Below, piece after piece: positions 59,535-64,000 of a stretch of 64,000 bases of DNA. This stretch comes from Candidatus Nomurabacteria bacterium GW2011_GWD2_36_14 (GTDB lineage: Bacteria; Patescibacteriota; Minisyncoccia; Phycocordibacterales; UBA9973). The number at the start of each line of letters is the position of its first letter. Within the stretch, counting starts at the first letter, position 1. The position numbers were made by a program, and so were the translations under genes. The notes below the pieces were generated by a model, which ran no database searches, was not told where the DNA came from, and worked only from the letters and a program-made list of their open reading frames with translations. The DNA is taken from positions 145,547 through 209,546 of the forward strand of contig LBRL01000001.1 of NCBI GenBank assembly GCA_000991405.1, given 5' to 3'.

Positions 59535-60509
59535 TTACTTTAGTGTTATACCATATTCTCCAAGAACTTTCTTAATCTCTTGAATACCTTTATCTCCGAT
59601 ACCATCGATCTCTAGCAAGTCCTCCTTCTTCTTCCTAGCTATACCTCCGATAGTGCGAATGTTGGCGTCTGTCAATGCATTGAGTGTTCGAGTTGAAAGT
59701 GTAAGAGTATCAATACGAGTCTTAAGGATGTCTGTAAATTCGTTGCCTTCACCCTTTTCTTCATTTGATTCTTTGACTGACTTTTGTTCTACTTCTTCAA
59801 TTGGTAGAGACTTGTTCATAACTGTAAAGCCAATGATTGCCTGAAGCTGTTCTACCATGATAACGATAGCCTTCTCGAGTGCTTCACGTGGAGTAAGAGT
59901 ACCATCTGTCTCGATAGTCATACGTAGGCGGTTGTGGTTTGTCTTGTCTCCGACACGCATATTCTCAACTTCATAAGCAACACGACGAATAGGTGTGAAA
60001 ATGGCATCGAGAGATATAGTCCCGACGTCGTTCTTCTCCTTCTGGTGAACTTCCTTTGGTACGAATCCAAGACCCTTCTCTACTGTCATTTCTATAGAAA
60101 GATTAGCTTTAGATGTAAGTTCAGCAATATATAAATCTTTATTCAAAACTTCAACTTGACCCCCTGCTTCTATATCAGCTGCCGTAACTAGCTTTGGGCC
60201 TTTTACGGAAAGCTTTACAGTCTGAGGTTCATCTGTAAGTAAACGAAAACGAACTTGCTTTAAATGAAGCAAGATTGTAATAACATCCTCTTTTACTCCG
60301 TCTAAGACAGAGAATTCATGATCTGCTCCCTCAATCTTGAGAGTTGTAATAGCAGAACCTGATAATGATGAAAGGATTATACGGCGTAGAGAATTCCCTA
60401 GGGTGTGTCCATACCCAGGGTAAAGGCCATCTATTTCATAGACACCTTTTGTATCTACTTCTGAAACGATGGATAATTTGGATGGTAATATGATATTTAA
60501 ATCTGACAT
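59535..60509 (-). CDS. rpoA: DNA-directed RNA polymerase alpha subunit
   Basis: N-terminal dimerisation domain and a C-terminal alpha-CTD helix-hairpin-helix (LSTRTLNALTDANIRTIGG). Confidence 0.9.
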   Translation of the reverse strand: MSDLNIILPSKLSIVSEVDTKGVYEIDGLYPGYGHTLGNSLRRIILSSLSGSAITTLKIEGADHEFSVLDGVKEDVITILLHLKQVRFRLLTDEPQTVKLSVKGPKLVTAADIEAGGQVEVLNKDLYIAELTSKANLSIEMTVEKGLGFVPKEVHQKEKNDVGTISLDAIFTPIRRVAYEVENMRVGDKTNHNRLRMTIETDGTLTPREALEKAIVIMVEQLQAIIGFTVMNKSLPIEEVEQKSVKESNEEKGEGNEFTDILKTRIDTLTLSTRTLNALTDANIRTIGGIARKKKEDLLEIDGIGDKGIQEIKKVLGEYGITLK

Positions 60510-60571
60510 ATTTTATTTACGAGTAAACTCGCAATAGATTATTTATTAAAATTAACCATACTTTACTAATA

Positions 60572-61180
60572 TTAACGACTATAAAATTCAAGCACTGTGT
60601 TTAGATCAAGGAAGCCTTCTATATTCTTTGGCTTACCAGCTATTGTTCCAGTCAAAGTTTCTGCATTCATGGTTACCCAATTTGGAAGTGTATATTCCTT
60701 CATCTTCTTGACCATGTCAGCAAAAAGTACGCTCTTCTGACTACCACCACGAACCGCAATGACGTCTCCAACTTTCACACGCAAGGATGGTACTGTCGTC
60801 TTCTTGCCGTTGACTGTAATGTGTCCGTGAGAAGTCATTTGACGAGAAAGTCTGCGAGTATGAGCAAGTCCCATTCTGTAAACTACGTTATCAAGTCTTG
60901 TTTCAAGTAATTCAAAAAGAGTTTCAGTGGCATGTGCACCCTTGGTAGCAACAGCTTCCTTGATATAGTTTGAAAATTGCTTCTCGCTGATACCATACAT
61001 AAAACGAACTTTCTGTTTCTCTACGAATTGAAGAGCATATCCAGAAAGCATTTTAGGCTTCTTATTCTTTGAATTTTTGGCATGACGAGCTTCGGAAGCA
61101 ACGAACTTGGCTGTCTGGCATTTTTCAAATACACCAGCACCCAATCTTCTACCTATTTTGTATTTTTTGACTGTTTTCAT
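60572..61180 (-). CDS. rpsD: 30S ribosomal protein S4
   Basis: KIGRRLGAGVFEKC..., S4 RNA-binding domain. Confidence 0.9.
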   Translation of the reverse strand: MKTVKKYKIGRRLGAGVFEKCQTAKFVASEARHAKNSKNKKPKMLSGYALQFVEKQKVRFMYGISEKQFSNYIKEAVATKGAHATETLFELLETRLDNVVYRMGLAHTRRLSRQMTSHGHITVNGKKTTVPSLRVKVGDVIAVRGGSQKSVLFADMVKKMKEYTLPNWVTMNAETLTGTIAGKPKNIEGFLDLNTVLEFYSR

Positions 61181-61191
61181 AATTAAAAATT

Positions 61192-61641
61192 TTATACTCT
61201 TCTTGGCTTCTTTGGTTTAGGACCGTTGTGAGGAACTGGAGTGACATCTCTGACTTCTGATATTTCTATATCGTAAGCCATAAATGCACGGATAGTAGGC
61301 TCTCGTCCACTACCTACTCCCTTAACTTTTACATCAACTTCTTTGATTCCAAGTGCTTTTGCTTTCTCACCGACGATTGAACCGGCTTTTGAAGCTGCAA
61401 ATGGTGTACCCTTCTTGGCACCCTTAAATCCTAGAGATCCTGCTGAAGTCCAGAATAGTGTGTTGCCTTCTTTGTCAGAAAGAACCACCTTTGTGTTATT
61501 GAAAGTAGCTTCTACATGCAAAGTCCCTGCCACAACCTTCTTCTTTGGAATTTTGACTCCACTTTTAGGTGTTGCTAGGACTGTAGCATCCTCTGGTATT
61601 ACTTTTTCTTCTTCTTTAGTTATAATTTTTACTTTTCCCAT
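61192..61641 (-). CDS. rpsK: 30S ribosomal protein S11
   Basis: LHVEATFNNTKVVLSDKEGNTLFWTSAGSLGFKGAKKGTPFAA. Confidence 0.9.
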   Translation of the reverse strand: MGKVKIITKEEEKVIPEDATVLATPKSGVKIPKKKVVAGTLHVEATFNNTKVVLSDKEGNTLFWTSAGSLGFKGAKKGTPFAASKAGSIVGEKAKALGIKEVDVKVKGVGSGREPTIRAFMAYDIEISEVRDVTPVPHNGPKPKKPRRV

Positions 61642-61652
61642 ATGATTATAGA

Positions 61653-62033
61653 TTATGTTTTACTTTCTTTTCGGCGACCAGATGCCATTGTCTTACGTAC
61701 GTTACCTCGGATAGTTCTAGAATTTGTCTTTGTTCTCTGTCCGTTGACTGGTAAGCGACGCATATGTCTGACTCCTCTGTATGCCTTAATATCTTTTAAT
61801 CTTTTAACATTGGATGCGATTTCTCGTTTAAGTGTTCCTTCAATGGACATTGTCTCTATGACCTTACGGATAGCATTCTCTTCCTCGACAGATAGAGCAT
61901 CTGCTTTCATGTTGGGATCAATGCCAACTTCTTTCAAGATTTTGCGTGCACGAGAAATACCGATTCCAAAGAGAGCAGTAAGTCCGATATCTAAATGTTT
62001 ATTATTAGGGATTGTTATACCAAGAATTCTCAT
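61653..62033 (-). CDS. rpsM: 30S ribosomal protein S13
   Basis: MRILGITIPNNKHLDIGLTALFGIGISRARKIL. Confidence 0.9.
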   Translation of the reverse strand: MRILGITIPNNKHLDIGLTALFGIGISRARKILKEVGIDPNMKADALSVEEENAIRKVIETMSIEGTLKREIASNVKRLKDIKAYRGVRHMRRLPVNGQRTKTNSRTIRGNVRKTMASGRRKESKT

Positions 62034-62039
62034 ATATGA

Positions 62040-62150
62040 TTATTGTTTTTGTTTATGTTTAGGATTAGTACAAATAACACGGAGATGACTTTCCCGTTTT
62101 ACCATCTTACATTTTGCACAAATTTTTTTTACTGCTGATTTGATTTTCAT
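62040..62150 (-). CDS. rpmJ: 50S ribosomal protein L36
   Basis: Manual translation gives [36 protein letters not shown] with the C-x2-C...C...H zinc ribbon. It is below the ORF-track length cutoff. Confidence 0.85.
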   Translation of the reverse strand: MKIKSAVKKICAKCKMVKRESHLRVICTNPKHKQKQ

Positions 62151-62251
62151 ATTTTACTTCATAAAACGAAAGAAAAATAAAGGGCAGAAACCCTATATTT
62201 ATAACTTTGGTGTTACCGAATTATACTACACTATTTAAATAAAAAAGCAAG

Positions 62252-62320
62252 CCCCCACACCTATATTTTTATTGCAGATATAATCTGCTGTTTACAACTA
62301 TTAAAATATAGGTGTGGGGG
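62252..62320. mobile_element. MITE-like inverted-repeat element, copy A, flanked by a 4-bp direct repeat CAAG
   Basis: Perfect 18-bp TIRs cccccacacctatatttt / aaaatataggtgtggggg enclose an inner hairpin gcagat-ataat-ctgc. CAAG lies at 62248-62251 and at 62321-62324. The element abuts the infA stop. Confidence 0.65.
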
Positions 62321-62330
62321 CAAGCCCTCT

Positions 62331-62546
62331 TTACCCTCTTTTAATAATTCTACCCTTACCACCATATGGATCAAGCAAAACTTCAACTCTATCGCCTAGC
62401 AAGACCTTGATCCTATGCATCCTCATCTTCCCAGACAAATAACTGATGATGATTTTACCACCACCTACATCTACTCGAAAGAGTGTATTGGGGAGGGCTT
62501 CCGTCACTATACCCATAACTGTATTGTTGTCGTCTCTTTGATTCAT
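62331..62546 (-). CDS. infA: Translation initiation factor IF-1
   Basis: S1/OB fold: GIVTEALPNTLFRVDVGGGKIIISYLSGKMRMHRIKVLLGDRVEVLLDPY. Confidence 0.9.
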   Translation of the reverse strand: MNQRDDNNTVMGIVTEALPNTLFRVDVGGGKIIISYLSGKMRMHRIKVLLGDRVEVLLDPYGGKGRIIKRG

Positions 62547-62590
62547 TTCTAATGTGCTTTAATCATAACAAAAATTCTATTCTCCGTCAA

Positions 62591-62660
62591 CCTCCACACC
62601 CATATTTTTATAGTTTTCAACGCAGATTTTCAATCTGCAATAAAAATATAGGTGTGGGGG
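62591..62660. mobile_element. MITE-like inverted-repeat element, copy B, flanked by a 4-bp direct repeat TCAA
   Basis: TIRs cctccacacccatattttt / aaaaatataggtgtggggg (2 mismatches) with an inner hairpin gcagat-tttcaa-tctgc. TCAA lies at 62587-62590 and 62661-62664. The element is 45 nt upstream of the infA ATG. Confidence 0.65.
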
Positions 62661-62665
62661 TCAAA

Positions 62666-63841
62666 TTATTTAAGAATTATATTTATATTTTTCTTATCTT
62701 CTGGGAGTTTCTTAGACCAAAATGGAATTATCTTCACACTAGCACTAACTATAGCAGGATCAAGCTTGAATATTTCGGCAACATTGTTCTTGTTCTTTGC
62801 GACAAGTTCTCCTTTCAAGGCCTCAATATCTGGCTTCCAATTGAGAGGTAGATTACCTGTAAGTTCAAAGTTAAAATTATTAATATCTTTACCTACTATC
62901 TGCTCTTTATCTGTGAAGTTGAAAGATAAATCTGAGAGGTTGGGCTGTTTTATTTCTTGTCTTTCTTTGTCTCCTATGTTTGGCAGTAATTTACGAATGA
63001 TTGAATCCGACAATTCACTTTCTTTGAATATATAAGCACTGAGCGACCCTTTCATTTCAACTTTTGTATCGGGAGTCTTTGAAGAGATGTTGTCGCCTAT
63101 ATCATAAGTAAAGTTCATAGCATCAGGATAAAGTATGTACCCAACTGGTACTTGAGCGGAAAGTTTACGAACAAGCTTCTCTTTAAAGTCGGCTGTCTTA
63201 AAGTTTAAACTGGACTTTTCTTTGTCATCCATTAGATACACTAGCCCAGCCATACCTCCTTCTATGGGAGTCTTGGCTTTACCATAAATCTTTTTAAATT
63301 TATCTGTTCCCTTGAAAGAATTTATAGTGAATAATTCTTTGTTGCTATTATAAGCCTCCCCAGGAAGAAAGGCCGTGATACCTACTACCACTTGGCCAGG
63401 TATGATCTTCTTTGAAGAATCCAACTTATAAGCTGGTATTGAGACTGTTTTATCTGTTTTGTATGATACGCCTTTGTCGTCAGACACAAATGAGCCAGCT
63501 GTAATCTTTTGAGCCTTGGTACTACTGTATTCATTGTATAAGGTTATTTGTCCCTTAGCTTTGATTGATACTTCCTTGGCATTCGTAAGTACAATATCCC
63601 TATATTCTTTGTCAGAAACAATTACAAGCTCAAATGGAACACTTGTGCTAGGCTTCCCTGCTGTAAATTTCAAATGCTTTAATTCAAAAGTTTGATCCTT
63701 GGCTACTACTGTCACATTGGCTCTTAAGAACACAGTGGAGAGTAAATAAAATGATCCAACTAGAAGAGAAAAGATGAATATATCTAATAAAGTTTTATTA
63801 AGTAGAGGTCTTTCCCTTGGCATGCGAGGATCTCCACTCAT
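62666..63841 (-). CDS. Hypothetical membrane-anchored, Lys-rich protein; frame stays open to the window edge (possibly 5'-partial, true start beyond 64000)
   Basis: One TM helix (LLDIFIFSLLVGSFYLLSTVFL) then ~350 aa with no known motif. By manual translation, the 53 codons upstream of the annotated Met have no in-frame stop. Confidence 0.4.
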   Translation of the reverse strand: MSGDPRMPRERPLLNKTLLDIFIFSLLVGSFYLLSTVFLRANVTVVAKDQTFELKHLKFTAGKPSTSVPFELVIVSDKEYRDIVLTNAKEVSIKAKGQITLYNEYSSTKAQKITAGSFVSDDKGVSYKTDKTVSIPAYKLDSSKKIIPGQVVVGITAFLPGEAYNSNKELFTINSFKGTDKFKKIYGKAKTPIEGGMAGLVYLMDDKEKSSLNFKTADFKEKLVRKLSAQVPVGYILYPDAMNFTYDIGDNISSKTPDTKVEMKGSLSAYIFKESELSDSIIRKLLPNIGDKERQEIKQPNLSDLSFNFTDKEQIVGKDINNFNFELTGNLPLNWKPDIEALKGELVAKNKNNVAEIFKLDPAIVSASVKIIPFWSKKLPEDKKNINIILK

Positions 63842-64000
63842 GCGTTTTATAGAAGATGTATTAATATTATTGTTTTTCTTTTTTAGAAAATCATACTTAG
63901 AAGAATCGTTCTCAAGGACAAAGTTTGACTTGGGTGTAGGGTTGTGGTTGTCTTCATCTTTGACGACAACATTTGGAATAACAACATCATCCTTCTGTGT

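Overview
This is an AT-rich (roughly 35% GC), gene-dense bacterial chromosomal window. It is mostly housekeeping genes, nearly all on the minus strand, with standard-code ORFs. TGA is used as a stop, so there is no sign of codon reassignment. The small, split and compact genes fit a reduced-genome bacterium, but I cannot assign taxonomy from the sequence.

From low to high coordinate the window holds:
- a partial CAP-like gene, a peptidoglycan-binding secreted protein, an AlkD-like repair enzyme and rarA;
- the complete F1Fo ATP synthase operon in the order atpI-like, B, E, F, H, A, G, D, C, with GC-rich hairpin elements between cistrons;
- tRNA-Ile(GAU), an RRM RNA-binding protein, RF1 (prfA), L31, an MltB-like lytic transglycosylase with a coiled-coil N-terminus, and L25;
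- a short, extremely AT-rich stretch with orphan membrane ORFs;
- a sugar-phosphate cluster of fba, a pfkB-family kinase, split transketolase, rpe, rpiB, divergent dapF, and gap;
- gatB, a free-standing HNH endonuclease whose 3' end overlaps tRNA-Leu(UAA), and an M23 peptidase with a coiled-coil N-terminus;
- a long cell-envelope and translation operon: gltX, murG, ftsW, mraY, scpB, scpA, aspS, trpS;
- dnaB, recR, L21, a CorA-N-domain-only protein, cysS and an orphan canonical trpB;
- an 11-kb, nine-gene minus-strand operon running ADC, DHS-like homospermidine synthase, NCPAH, agmatine deiminase, an E1/ThiF-like protein, Leu/Phe dehydrogenase, a PaaK-like adenylating ligase, a two-lobed nitroreductase-fold protein and a multi-TM histidine kinase;
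- dnaJ, dnaK, a divergent PaaX-like winged-helix regulator, and grpE;
- an S9-L13-L17-rpoA-S4-S11-S13-L36-infA ribosomal block.

The non-coding signals I found most notable are:
- a three-copy ~80-nt hairpin family with an invariant 23-nt apex, covarying stems and CGAAG brackets, located 3' of prfA, between gatB and gap, and in the dnaK leader;
- two MITE-like inverted-repeat elements with different 4-bp target-site duplications flanking infA;
- a perfect 13-bp-arm palindrome sitting on overlapping divergent promoters between dnaK and the PaaX-like regulator, with no hrcA or CIRCE in view;
- GC-rich covarying hairpins inside the atp operon that share a 22-mer with the rpmE-prfA spacer.
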